From Lama guanicoe (Eukaryota), in contig MU053520.1 of the NCBI GenBank assembly GCA_013239625.1, positions 338,934 to 402,933 on the forward strand: 64,000 nt of DNA, read 5' to 3'. A program made the translations under genes and the position numbers. The notes beneath the pieces were generated by a model. It worked only from the letters and a program-made list of their open reading frames with translations, was not told where the DNA came from and made no database searches. Positions within the stretch are counted from its first letter, which is position 1. Each line of letters opens with the position of its first letter. Below are positions 1 through 12,841 of the stretch, piece by piece.

Positions 1-280
1 ACTAACGGTAATGTTAACACTGTGACCACAAAACAAAAAAAAAAACTAGCAATGGAAACAAAGTTTTAATATTATTAAAATTAAATACAAAATAATATAC
101 ATGGTTATCAAAACTGATACCTCAATATATTTGTTAAAAATTATTACTTATTCCTGATAATTCTCCCTAAAATAGACATAGAAGTACCCTAACAAATTTG
201 GTTCAAATGGTTTCTACCAGAAACCTAAAATAGATTTTATTTATTTTAAAGACAGTTCCCCTGATAGTATATATTTCTAC

Positions 281-605
281 CTGCTATGGACTGAGTGTAT
301 CCTCCAAAAGTTAATGTTGAATACTAATCCTCAATGTGGTGCTTGGAGATGGGGTCTTTGTCGATGATCAGATCATGAAAGCACAGCCCTTATGAATGAG
401 ATTGGTGTCTTTATAAAAAAGACCCCAAAGAAATCTCTCACACCTTCCACCATATGAAGATACAATGAGAAGTCAGCAGTTTGCAACCCAGAAGAAGGGT
501 CTCACCAGAACCCAAACATGGTGGCATCCTGATCTTAGACTTTCAGCCTCCAAAACTGAAAACTGAAGTTCTGTAGTTTTAAACCACCCAGTCTAAGATA
601 ATTTG
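281..605 (+). mobile_element. MaLR solo LTR (MLT1A-like)
   Basis: Starts TGCTATGGACTGA; contains MLT1-type motifs ggtgtctttataaaa, gcatcctgatcttagactttcagcctccaaaactga and ccacccagtcta. Confidence 0.75.
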
Positions 606-1497
606 GAAGGCAAAAAGGACAAAACTCTACATCTGTGATCTGTTGAGCCTACGAGAGCCCAAAGCTCTCTTGTTTCACTACTTGCCCTTGTCCTCAACAA
701 CATCATTGAGAAAACTATCAAAATAGTGATGTGGTAGAAACAACACAGGTTTAAAAAATCAGAGGGTCTGAATTCAAAACTCCAGTGGGCCACTTAAAAA
801 TTCCATGACCCAAACATACCATTTAAACACTCTAGAATTCTCTCCCCTCACCAACGAAGTGAAAGAAATAAGGTATGTCTTACAAGGCTGAGGATAACTT
901 ATATAACATTGATTTTCACAGAGTTTGACAAACAGGAAAATAAATATTTATTGATAAAACAAAATACCAAAACCCACTCTCTCCTAAATTTCATTCTGAG
1001 TTTATTTATAGACCTAATTATGGATGTTGACAAAAGGAAGAAGATAGGAGCATGAAGTCTAAACCAATGTCAGGTGGAAGAAGCTAATATTGCTGGGGAG
1101 TGGCAGGCAAAATTCTAAGCTGATTCCAAGAATTATGCCCCCTGATGTATAATCTCTTCTCCTGGAGTATGATAGGATAGTGGCTCCTTTGATTAGGTTG
1201 GCTTATATGACAAGTGTAATATGAAAGTCACTCCCAGATTATGTTGTTGTATAATATTCCTTGTTAGCAGCAGGTTGGATAGGGATTTTCCTGTTAGCTT
1301 GTAGTAGGCTGACAAAGTGTGAGAGGGTCAATTAGGAGCTGAGAGTGGCCTCTACAACTTAAGAGTGACCCCCAGCCAACAAGAAAACAGGGATATCAGC
1401 TGAACTACTGCAAGGAATTAAATCATGCCAGAAACTGGAATGAGGTGGGAAGAGGACCGAGGGCTTCAGCTGACAGCAGTAGTCTCCCCCCACACTT

Positions 1498-1502
1498 AGT
1501 TG

Positions 1503-1598
<96 letters not shown>

Positions 1599-2125
1599 TT
1601 TGACATTTTAAAATTGAGTTATAATCATTTTACAATGTTGTGTCAAATTCCAGTATACAGCATGAACATAATTTTGGTCAACTAGTCTTTGACAAAAGAG
1701 GCAAGAATATACAATGGAGTAAAGACAGTCTCTTCAGCAAATGCTGTTGGGAAAACTGGACAGCAGCATGTAAATCAGTGAAGCTAGAACACTCCCTTAC
1801 ACCATACACAAAAATCAACTCAAAATGGATCAAAGATTTAAACATAAGACAAGATACAATAAGCTTCCTAGAAGAAAATATAGGCAATACATTATCTGGC
1901 ATACATCTCAAAAATGTTCTCCTAGGGCGGCCTACCCAAGCAATAGATATAAAAGCAAGAATAAACAAATGGGACCTAATGAAACTTACGTGCTTCTGCA
2001 CAGCAAAGGAAATCATAAGTAAAACTAAAAGACAACCTACGGAATGGGAGAAAATTTTTGCAAATGAAACCGACAAAGACTTGATCTCCAGAATATATAA
2101 GCAGCTCATAAGACTTAATAAGGAA
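1498..2125 (-). mobile_element. 5'-inverted, truncated LINE-1 (twin-priming product)
   Basis: Minus-strand tail 1502-1601, L1 3' terminus ~1602-1670, then + strand ORF2 C-terminal fragment ~1671-2123 (FGQLVFDK...KDSLFSKCCWENW). Near-identical flanks tctcccc(cc)acactt at 1483-1497 and 2126-2138. Confidence 0.85.
1502..1601. repeat. (TTTC)n microsatellite derived from the L1 poly(A) tail
   Basis: About 24 near-perfect tetramer units directly abutting the L1 3' end. Confidence 0.95.
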
Positions 2126-3094
2126 TCTCCCCACACTTTGGATAGCCCTGACTAGAGGACTCAGTTAAACCAGATCTTTGACACAGAAAACTCAGATACT
2201 CTATCTGTATTGTTTTAGGCCACTAAATTTTTAATAATTTTGCAATAATAGAAAAATAATACAAGGAATAAGGGGAAAAATGATTTCTGGAAGCTCTGAT
2301 AGATCTCAGAACTGCCTCAGGGAAAAAAGTGGATAACAGGACCTGGGCAGATAAATTACATTGAGACCCATCAGCCAGTGGTAAGCCTGGGAATAATTTG
2401 AGATCCCCACATTTACCCAGGTATTGGAGCTGGCACTTTGTATGTATTGGCCTAAGAAATAAGTAGGCTTGATATAAAAAATAAGGGACATCAAAGACAA
2501 TAGTAAGTTGATTTAGTTAAAAAAGTATATAAATTGGCTCATAAATTTAAAAGATTTGCTCTAGATATACCTCTGCATTTAAATATATATGTGTATATAT
2601 ATATATATTTGTTGCTTTTACAATAAAAAAATTTTGGGGAGGATTTTTTAGAAAGGTACACATTCTTTTCTATTTTTTAAAGTTGAACACTGTTAAAATA
2701 ATTTTAAAATTATACCTATAAAACCATATCAACTTTGATCATATTGTTTGTAATAATATAGCATTTTGTCCATGTAGTTGACTCTTATATGTATGTCCTA
2801 CAGAAAAATACATACATACATACAAGCATACAGAAAGTCATATGATTCCTCAAGTATCCCAATATAATTAAATTCTGGAGGGACTATAAAAGTCAAGAAA
2901 AGATTAGACAGCAGAAACATTGATAGGACTGAACTTCAGCTTTAAGCAATGGTTTTGGAAATTGTAAGTCCCTTAGAGAACTCTAAAGCTAAAGTCTGTT
3001 GATCAAAGACTGGAGTTCTCAATATTAACTAGTTTGTGAATAGCATAATAGAGTTCCGAGAAATCTTGTCTCCATTTCTTGTACTATGATTACC

Positions 3095-3200
3095 TCCCAG
3101 ACCAGACCATGAACTCCCAGAGAACGACCAGTGTTTACTTATCTCTGTATTCCCAAGTACCTATATTCTCATACATAGTAGAAATCTAGTTATTGTTGAC
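3095..3200 (+). mobile_element. L2 3' end fragment
   Basis: agaccatgaactccc...cttatctctgtattcccaagtaccta...acatagtag resembles the L2 3' terminus. Confidence 0.5.
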
Positions 3201-4916
3201 CAAAATACGCTAAGTAAATTTATTGAATGTACATAATCTAGTTACTTCAGCCCTTTGACCTATGATATGTCTCACAAAAGCAGTTGTACCCCATTATTTC
3301 CCATAAATCTTTCCAGGATTACCTGCATATTATTCTCATTTAATCCTCATTTTTTATGCTTTTAGCATTTTTATAATTAATTTGGGCTCTTTAAAGGTGT
3401 ATTTCCCAGTAGTCCCATGAACCAGTAGTTTCCTATGTCTCTTGTACTGTATTATGTACTCTCCAAAGCCAGTTTGTCTTTCAGTCCATCTGTATGTCCA
3501 GATTGCTGTGGTCAAGCATCTGTTCATAGGTGGCATGTGATCAATATTTTTTTCCAAGTGACTAATGCTTGTCAGTGTCCGTGATTGTTGTATTTCATCT
3601 TAGTTTAAATCCCATTGTAGGTGTATTTTCTTCTAGCTGAAGCTTCAGCAAAACAGATGGCATGTGTCTGCACATTGATCGCTCTTGAAGTAGCAGAGTG
3701 AAATAATTGGTTGTAGGAAAAATTGTTTAGAAGCCTCTGAATTGACCCCTTTGTGTACAAAATCGACACTTTGTGCAGCTAAACTCGTATTGATCAAACT
3801 ATCACAGATTGTGTTATAGTTTGAACAGCTTTTCTTAAGCACCACCGAAAATAAGGGTTTGCATTTAAATCTTTGAATCAATACATATCTTGTTGCTATC
3901 AGGGAATTTTGATGGTAAAGAACTTGATTAATTTCTTTTCAAGCTTATTTACCAGAAGAAAAGCTACAAAGCTATTTGAGCACTCTGCCTTTTTTTTTTT
4001 GTCATTCACTGTTCTGCTTATTATATCCACTACCATTTATCCCTGCTCTTTGAACTGTTCCTCTGCAGAAATGCAGTTTTCTAGGAACCCTTGTTTAGAT
4101 GAAGACTCAGAATTGGGTAAATGCTTTGTGAAATGTTGAAGGGCTCTGCTATAATCTAAGGCTGATTTAACATAATCACGGGAGAAAATAAAAACAAACA
4201 AGACAATTCTGAGAGAATGTGTAAAGCACCCTGAAAAAGCTTAAAATAGACTTTATTACAAGAGGAGTGATTAACTTATTACATGGGAGAAATTAGAACT
4301 TGGACTTTTTGAAGTGAGGTCATTCTTTAACCTCACTGCTGAGAAATATGTAAGGTTTTAGCAGAGATTTGGAAGGCTTTTAGGCTTCTATTTCTCAGGT
4401 AAGCCTACGAGAGACTAGCTTTCAGCTGAAAATGGGTCATGGCAAGAGAGTAGAATTAATTGCAGCTAAACCCTCTAGAGAGCTCTACTACAAAATCACA
4501 GATAAAAAGGTTAAGACAAATTCCACAAAATTCTTTACTTAGACTTATACTACTCAGAACCACTTTTTAGCATAAATAAAGCTCTAGAGTTAACTCCACC
4601 TAAAAATTATAAGCATTTAGTGTGTCTTTCCATGATTTTATATGATTACTAGGAGACTATCGTTTTTTAAAGTATTTGTTAGTTCTGCATATGTTTATCT
4701 TTACAATTATTTGCCATCAAAAACTCTTAACTGCTGATTATACAATATTAGGTTGTTAATGGAAGAAAAGGGTCTAAAATTTCCAAACCCATTCCCAAAT
4801 TGGTACAACTCAAAGCTTCAAGTAGACTTGGTAATATTCTGAACTTTCTTAATAATAGATCTTTGTGTGAAGGGTGGGGCAGAAAAAAATCCCCACACAT
4901 TTCCCTCAGCTTTTAC

Positions 4917-5503
4917 TGTTGCCAAAAAATCAGCCCTCATTCCTGATGAGCCAAATAACTCGGAGACAGGGTCCTGGAGCTTAGAAGAAAAGAGACAGAT
5001 CTATTGATCTGCTGGGCAAAGGGGCTCACAGAGGCCTTCAAAACTATGAACCCATCTTGGGTATGGGGCAGGGTGATTATATAGCCATAACTTAAACAAT
5101 AAAGCATTGATAACAATCAACAGAATTGTTTTCTTCTCATAAGACTGGGAGTGGCCTCATGGTGTCTCCAGGTGACCAAGTCTATAGAGGATAGTAGTTG
5201 TCGCTCTTTCGATCTCTTTATCTTATAAGTATCCAAGACATGTTCTTCTTGGTAATTCAGGCCATTTTGTAAGATTACAGTTATGCGACTCTCTCCCTGG
5301 AAAACAACTCAGAAACCAAGTATGATGGTTATTTTCAGTTACTGGTTTAAAGCAGAAACAGTAATACTAATGGCTTCATTTTAACTACCGGCCTGGTGCT
5401 GTGAGTAGCAACTGGTCAGTCAGATCAATTGACTGTTTTAAGGATAAGCATAGAATAAGCAATCTGTTAGCCTAAATGTGGCCATTGTGTTAACCCTCCT
5501 TCA
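4917..5503 (-). mobile_element. Probable ERV solo LTR (lineage-specific, ERV1-like)
   Basis: TG...CA-bounded ~590-bp segment (tgttgcc...ccttca) of LTR-like composition; possible 4-bp TSD ttac/tcac. Family not identified. Confidence 0.5.
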
Positions 5504-6766
5504 TCACTACCATCATAAAGCTGCCTCCCTCACAGTAAGCATGGAGAGAAATATTAAGGGAGATAGGAAATTGATGTAAAGTAAGGGCAGAGATCAGAAT
5601 GGGTTGAGTAGGGGCAGGAAAGAATATAGACAGAGAACTTTTTACTGCCAAGGGAGAAATCTGAAAATTTGGGGACATTTTATAAATTTTGTTTCCCAAT
5701 GATTGTGGGTTAATAATGTCATTTAATGGATGGAATAGGGATGCTAAATGCTGTGGTATGTGGATTTGTCCTATTGCTTTCCTCATTTTTAAATGCCCTG
5801 CTGCACATTCAGAAAGAGTTTACTTGAGTTTACAATCTAATTCTAAATATAAACTCAGATTGTCCATGATTTTACTATATAATGGTCTTTGCAGTAAAGT
5901 ATTGAAAGTGTAAGTCGAATCATTACATTGAATCCTTCATAAAAATTTTCCCCAATTTCTAAAACATATAGCGATGGTGGTAATAATGGTGTTTGTTGTT
6001 CTGTTTCACAAAGATAATACTATTAGTTGGCATTTGCAGATACCACATTATTGGTGAATCTACATAGATGTGTTTGTACCTTTACTTCATTGTGACTTCT
6101 GGTGAAGCATTCTGTATGATTTTACTTATTAAAATATATTTTATTATAAATTTAATTCTTTTTGTTTATTCTTTATAATTTAAATAAGATATTAATATGA
6201 AATTTTAAATGAAATGTGTACATAAGTTATATTATTTATGAATTTAACACAAGCCAGAAAAGATGGCTTTACTTAAATATGTATAATAAGAGGAAGACAA
6301 TGCACAGGATGAGGTGAAAAACAGTGAACTTGGAGTATGTGAAGGGCCTGAGAAAGGCTTTTGGGAAAGAGAAGAATGACACCTCAACAGTATAACTTAT
6401 TTATTCACTGACAGCTTTAGGCACCAAGTAAGTGCAGATAAAATATTCTGATAGAATCATAAAAGAGAGACAAGTGGTAAATTAATTGATTAGAGAATTC
6501 AATTAGATATTTAATAAGTACTAAACACTAAAGCACTTAACCAAATGTTGAAGAATCACAAAAGAATAAATCTCCAAGCCTCAATCTCAAGAAGTTCTGG
6601 TAAGAGAAACAGATGCATATATAAATTATTGTAACATAATGAGGCAAGTTCAACTATAGAAATGAGCACTGTGGAGGGGACCTAATCTAGGATAAAATAA
6701 AGGCAAGCTAGGGAAGGCTTCTCAGAGGAGATGTCTTAACTCCTTGGTAAGATTCAGTAAGTCAGT

Positions 6767-7295
6767 TGATGCTGAGAGAGTGTGTTGAGCAGAACACTGT
6801 GCACTGGCTGTCAGTCCCAGGGGAGAAAAAACTAGGCACCAGTTACCAATCCCAGAAGAATATGACTACATGGAGGATAGTAAAGATCATCACTATGCTG
6901 GCCACCAAAAATAGAAGTCCAAACACTTCTGTCCATTGTATCTTGTTACTGGAGTCACCAAGAAAATGTAGTCAAGCTGATTAAACAACTCTTTACTTAC
7001 ATAGAGAAGAACCAGAAAGATCAGCTTTAATAGTGGGCAGCATGGCTCTCCAGGCAGCCAATACAAGGTAATTTGCCTACATGCACCCTTTTTCTGCTAC
7101 AGAAGGATACCAACTCCACCCCTAGAGTTTGACATACTGGAAGCTGGGGATGGAACATGCCTGAGGGCCACTGGTATATATGCTTACACAGAACAAAGGA
7201 AGTCTCATTGAGCATGTAATGGAAACATATTCCCACACAATGTGACAAGTCCAACACAGGCTGTATGTAGGTGGTAAGTAGGTGTTCCTGTCTCA
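6767..7295 (-). mobile_element. Possible old ERVL-type solo LTR inside the L2
   Basis: GC-richer ~530-bp block starting TG that interrupts the L2; LTR-like ctctttacttacatagag. Family not identified. Confidence 0.35.
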
Positions 7296-7759
7296 ATGCT
7301 TATTCTTATGTGGCCAAGTAGCAGTCATTGAAAGACTGGATGCATGAGTGCTTCTCCCAACAGGGAACCATTGGATCTCTGGGAAGAGAAGTATAGAGAA
7401 GAAATAAGATAAGTAAATATATGCAAATAAGATATACCCTGAAGAGTGTGGAAAATCTCAGGCAACAATTATGAATCAGGAGAAAAAGGGCAGAGGTTGG
7501 ATCATTAAAGCCCTTAGTAATTATGTAAAGAACTATAATACTTCTAAAGAATAGAATAAAAAAATAGGTAGTTTTGAGAAATCTTTGAGGTAAATCTGAC
7601 TGGTAGCTGTCCCCAAGATGTTGGGACAAATGGGAGAAAAGACAAGGTTTAATAAATGCACTACTGTAGTAATTGAGAGATAATAAAGAACAACAAGAGG
7701 GTAATGAGAGAGAAGAGAATATTGCTTTAGACACATATAAAGAGAGGTGGTGAAAATAT

Positions 7760-7885
7760 ACTGGTCCTCAGGTCCCATCAACAGAAGCTCTGCACTGATT
7801 AATCTGAGTTGGGTACTAGGTATTGGAATTTTTCTAAACTCTGCAGGTAATTATGATACCTGCTAAAGCTTAAGAAGCACTAAGT
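7760..7885. mobile_element. MER5A-like hAT-Charlie MITE fragment
   Basis: gattaatctgagttgggt...aattttt...aggtaattatgat...aaagcttaagaagcact matches the MER5A end. Confidence 0.6.
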
Positions 7886-8109
7886 TAGGTAACTACTTAG
7901 AAAAATAAATCAATAGGACTTGACTCTGTCCTTCACTTTCATTCCATGGAATGCATATTATTTTTCAGGGACAGTGTGTAGAATGAGAAAAGCAGAGGAC
8001 CAATCATTGAAATCTACAGAATATCAATATTTCAGGGTAGGGCAGAGAAAATCAAGCCAACTGAAGTGGCCAGAAGAAACACTGAAAAGTTTTAATAAGA
8101 ACTCTTTAC

Positions 8110-8222
8110 GGGGAAGGTATGGCTCAGTGATAGAGCGCATTTCTAGCATGCACAAGGTCCTGGGTTCAATCCCCAGTATCTCCATTAAAAATAGATAAAT
8201 AAAAGTTTGATTCCCCTCCCTG
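8110..8222 (+). mobile_element. tRNA-derived SINE, Vic-1-like (Camelidae)
   Basis: ggggaaggtatggctcagtgatagagc (A box), gggttcaatccc (B box), A-rich linker and C-rich end, as I recall the camelid Vic-1 consensus. Confidence 0.85.
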
Positions 8223-9785
8223 GAATATAACTATTTAATAGGAAAGTCTAGAGTCATGAAAGCCAAGGAAGATAGATTTTAAAGACAGTGTCTGATGTGG
8301 CAAAGAAATGAACTAAGTTCAGAGTTGAAAACTGTCTAAATGTTTTAGACTAAATGTTTCAATCCAGCTAGGTGGAATTTGGTTGAGGAATAAAAGAGTG
8401 ATTAGAAGTAGGGAGAGAGATCACCAACATTTTCTTTGCAAAATCTGCATAAGGAAATCAGTAAGGGTCTGATGGTGTTATTGTAGCTAGAGAAGGGCAA
8501 TATGACATGCTTGGAAATGGTAACAGCAGTGGTTGTCTTGCTGAAAAATGGTGAAGGTGGTGAGGAGGGTGAAATTGAATTCTTTGGATCAGAAGGACAT
8601 TAATTTTTAAAGTTTATTTTAAAAGTAGGAAAGAGGAAGTTTAACTATTCAAGGAAGAAATGCAAATAAAGAAAAGAAAGAAAAACACAGATTGAGGGAA
8701 AAAATGAGCCCATCACAATGTCATGGGCTACCAAAAGTGTAGGGTTTCTTCCAGCAGTAAAGAACAAAAGTAGTTCAATGGTTAGGGCAAACCTGGGTAG
8801 AGGACTAATTAAAATTGCCTATTAACTGAAAACTCAGTCCAGAAATATCATGATTTTAAACATTTTTTAGCCTGTAGATATCGAAATTATTACATTTTAA
8901 TAGTAATAGTTTAGGATTTCAAAACAGCTAGTAATTGAGGAATGCAGGTTAGATACCAGTCCTATCTGAGTCCAAAACTCATACTCCTTCCTGTCTGCCA
9001 TATCCATTTCAGTTTTAAAAGGTTCTATGATGCTCTACTGATCATCATATTGTAATCCCAATCAGGAACAGGAAATCTGCCAAAAAGATGAAGTAACTAG
9101 AAAGTCTTCACAATTTAAAAAAAAAAAAGGACAAAGAAAAAATCCAAAAAACTTCACAGCACTATACCTGGAATTTCCATGTTCTACTTACTCTGAAACT
9201 ATATATATTTCTTTATATATTTTTGTCTAATAGAGACCATCAGCCATAAGCCATTATCTCAATGGTGACAGAGTAATGGGCCTATTGATTTTGACTGGTA
9301 TTCACTGTAAAACAGGCTTATCTGGGAACCTGCCACGAAGTTCTGTGTTAACAGATTTCCTGTCCTACTTTTAGACATCAGACATCAATTGAGCACATCA
9401 GGATTGTTGATAATATTTGTCTTACCAACTCGCTGTTGAATCTTGGGCAAATAATGCAACCTTTGTGGGACTCAATTTTCTGATTTTTAAAGATAAAAAT
9501 GTTAGTCTTTGGCTGATACTTTCAATTCAAAACTGCAAGAAATCTATTAATTATCATGAAGCTGTAGGATGAGGAACGGTAGCTGAAGGGGTAATTAAAA
9601 ACATAAAAGTTATTGGATATTTGATTTAGCCAGTGTTCCTAAATGATCTTGGTTCTTAGAAATAGTTGAAATATTTTTGTCTTATCTGATATGTACAATA
9701 TATATTTGCCAGTTACCATTTAGAAATGTGGTCCCAATGGACCCACGGTAGTTTAATCTGTCCTTTTTGGTTTGTTTACTGATTA

Positions 9786-10268
9786 TGTAGGACAGGAAAA
9801 CATTTCCTTTTCTCTCGTCTAGGTTTTTTTGTCTAGTCTAATAAATAAATTGACCTAAAACAAATCAACAGAAGTAAAAATGAATTTAATCCATACAAAT
9901 GAGATTCAAAGAAGTGACCAAAGCAGGCAGCTTCCATATCTTTTGGACTAAGAAATAATAAATTTCTGAAGAATTAATAAGACAAAGAAGTTTTGGCTTA
10001 GGGTAGTAGTAAATTAGTAAAGAAGCAACAAAATTTATTTACATACACAGCTTCTTAGCCCTGAGCTCCTTATCTCTGATGGTAAGGATGCTTTTCTACC
10101 CCTTGATTCAAGGACGGTGTCATTCATATGGAGGTTTATTTATTTTCAGTTGGACAAAGGCGGGTGAAAGTATCTCTCTTGCACCAGCTACTTCTTAAGT
10201 AACTTTAATTCAAGATAATCAAGTGCCAGAGTAGCATATTTGGGGGCAGCTTGTCCTGACTCCCATCC
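9786..10268 (-). mobile_element. ERV1 solo LTR (MER34/MER39-like)
   Basis: Starts tgtagg; contains aaattgacctaaaacaaatcaacag and gaagtgaccaaagcaggcagctt; ends ttaattcaagataatc...gcatatttggggg...cctgactcccatc. Confidence 0.7.
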
Positions 10269-10574
10269 GTTGGTTAGAATTTTTTCTTCTTTAGCTTATA
10301 CATTTGTTCACGATAAAGTATTCCATTTCTCAGTCATTATGCTAGGTGCTTTGAGGAAGACACAAATATGAATAGGATACTTTTTTCATGCAGGATAGAG
10401 TTGATAAGAGAATTAAGCATGCACAAGAGATTTATACTGTAATATAGAAGCTGGAAAACACCTTAAGGCTAGTGTAGGCACAGTGATATGGGTGCTCTTT
10501 CGATTAATACTAACTTACTGAGCACTGCTATGAACTGGGCATTGTTTCTAAGTCCTTGATACTCACAATGTAGT

Positions 10575-10905
10575 TCACACATCCACAGCCTTTAATGTCC
10601 TTAGAGTCTTGTTAAAATACAGATTCTCAGGCCCACCCAATCTTACCTGTATTAAGTTAGAATCCATAATTTATTATAACCCTGAGGTAATTAATAAATG
10701 CATTAAATCTTAAGAAACACTGGTTCAAATTAATTTTTCTCAGAGTGGAGTATAAAGACCATCTACAACAGAATCTCAGATTCTGGAATCCTACACCCAG
10801 AAATTCTGTTTCAGTAGGTTTGCAGTGAGGCCCTGAATCTTTATTAAAACAAAATTATATTGATGTGTTTTTTTTTTCTACATTTAGTTTGATAACCACT
10901 GATTT
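10575..10905. mobile_element. Two adjacent MER5-like MITE fragments (~10575-10723 and ~10740-10902)
   Basis: cttgttaaaatacagattctcaggccc...aagaaacactg and cccagaaattctgtttcagtaggt...gtgaggccctga...gtttgataaccactg. Confidence 0.6.
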
Positions 10906-12841
10906 TGGTGTTGGGAAAGCAGAGATAGATGTGTAATAAGTAGAAATTTATACCAAATAAGAAAATTGGGAGAGTGGCCAAGATAATGGAGTAGAAGGAT
11001 ACTCTTAACTGCCCTCCCTCACAAATACACTAAGAGAGCTATCCATGGAACCACCTATTCACTTAGAACACTTGCTGAACTTTGATAGAACATAACCTTC
11101 TTCAAAAGACAAAATTCATCACAAATCTGGCAGGAGGGAAAAAAAAGAAGAAGAAAAAGGAAATTAGTGCAGGACTGGTCCCATGGGAGGGAGTGGCAAA
11201 GGAGGAATAGCACTCCTAGGCTGGGTCTCTCCCTCTTGAATAGAGAGGTCAGTGGGGACAGAAGGGGAACCTCTGAGGCTTCAGTCTGTGTAGAGCAGCC
11301 CTTGACCAACAGAGCTAAGTGAAACAGGCACAAAGTGCCCCTGCTACCCCCAGCCCTAGACATGAACCTGTGGGGATGGGATGGGACCAGCTGCCCCAGC
11401 TGGACAGAGGACTAGGGCCAACTTTGCAGAGGCAGCCTAGAGGACTGGAGTATACTGTGCTCCATGGTTGGGAGCGTATACAGAACAGAACAGCCTGGAT
11501 CCTCCATAAAAAAAAAAGAAAAGAAAAAGAAAAAAGAAAAGAGATAGAAAGCAACACTGCTGGTGGGTAATGGAGGGAGGTTTGCCTTAGCTTTTGTCTC
11601 CACAGACCCATGGCGCCATTGCTGATGTGTTCTCAGAAGAGAGACAGGGGTCAGCCATAGCCACAACATTTGCTGGTGCACAGCTCCCAAGAAGAGGTGG
11701 GATTGAAACCTGAATTCATACCCAAATGCTCTGCAACATCAAAGGCAAGGCTGAGATTTGTCCCCTCAGCCTCAGGCAGAGGGGACAATTCTGCTCCAAG
11801 GGCGCCTTTGTGGACTTGTGCCTCTAAGACAAATGAGGAAGGAGTGAAATTCTGCCACACAGTGGGGGCAAGGGCTAGTGTGCCCATTTTCTGTGAGCCC
11901 GCCTACCAGGCATGGACACAGCACTGAGAGCTGAACTGACCCGGAGTGCAACCCAAGGGCCTCTGGAATAATCCAGCAGAATTCACGCAGCATGTCAAGT
12001 GCAGGAGCAGCATTTGGTGCTGAGAAAGGTGCTAATCCAATAGTGCACCACAATCCAGGTATGTGACCCAGCAATCAGTGTAAGTGTACTGGTAGCTCTG
12101 AAGGCAGAGAACCTGAGGAAACCCAGAGCAACACACTGACATTCCCCCAGCTAAAGTGGAGACAAGGACAGAATCAACAAAGCATACATATATCACTCCA
12201 ACACTGCCTACTATATACCACAGCTCAGAAAGGGTTCTGGAAGCCTCCACTCCAACAAAAGGGGAATAGACCCAGCCCATGTCAGGGCTATGACAACCAC
12301 AGAACAAAAAGGAGGTCCCACTCAACAGCCAGGGCATGCTCTGGTCACCACAAGACAAGCCATACCACCAATTAAAGGGATAATACCCAACGCAAATGGA
12401 AGTAAGTCTTGGCAACCATCCATATTTAAAATAGACCTCATGACAAAATTATTAGGGGTGCACAGTCTACACAAAACATATTTTCCTTTTCCTAATTTTT
12501 ATTTTTTTAAATTTTTAATATTTTTCCTGTTTACCTTTTTAATTTTTTAAATTCTCTTTTTTAATTTTTAAATTTGTTTTATGTTTATTTTGTTACTTTT
12601 TATTATTTCTTCTTTTTTCTTTTTTTCTTTTTAAATTTTTTTAAAATTTAAATTTTTTGATTTTTTTTTTTTTTTTTAATTTATCATTTAAGCTTTTTAA
12701 CTTTTTTAATTAATTTATTTTATTTTATTATTATTTTCTTTTTTTTTTAGTTTTATTTCTGCAACCTCTTTAAAGAAACATTTTTAAGATCACATTAGAT
12801 AACTGATGCTACATAATCTATAGTGCCAGAGAGATGTAAGT

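Larger units (their letters stand above)
1100..2262 (+). mobile_element. MaLR solo LTR (MLT1E/F-like), split by the L1 insertion at 1498-2125
   Basis: MLT1-type start gtggcaggcaaaattctaag; resumes after the L1 with agaggactcagttaaacc ... tgttttaggccactaaattt ... gcaataatagaaaaataataca. Confidence 0.65.
6500..8500 (-). mobile_element. Fragmented L2 LINE interrupted by an LTR, MER5A and a SINE
   Basis: L2-type motifs gggaaggcttctcagaggag (6710-6730), ggatcattaaagccc (7499) and gtcatgaaagccaaggaag (8253). Confidence 0.55.

Noticed and set aside
1500..1685. ORF with (SFFL)n repeats
   Set aside because: Translation of the (TTTC)n microsatellite.
8110..8182. tRNA gene (Ala-like A/B boxes)
   Set aside because: Imperfect stems and an A-rich then C-rich 3' extension fit a tRNA-derived SINE.
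11055..12550. Cluster of overlapping ORFs suggesting a gene or ORF0
   Set aside because: Lies in the GC-richer L1 5' UTR where stops are rarer; the ORFs are not preserved in the related UTR at 57408-58980.
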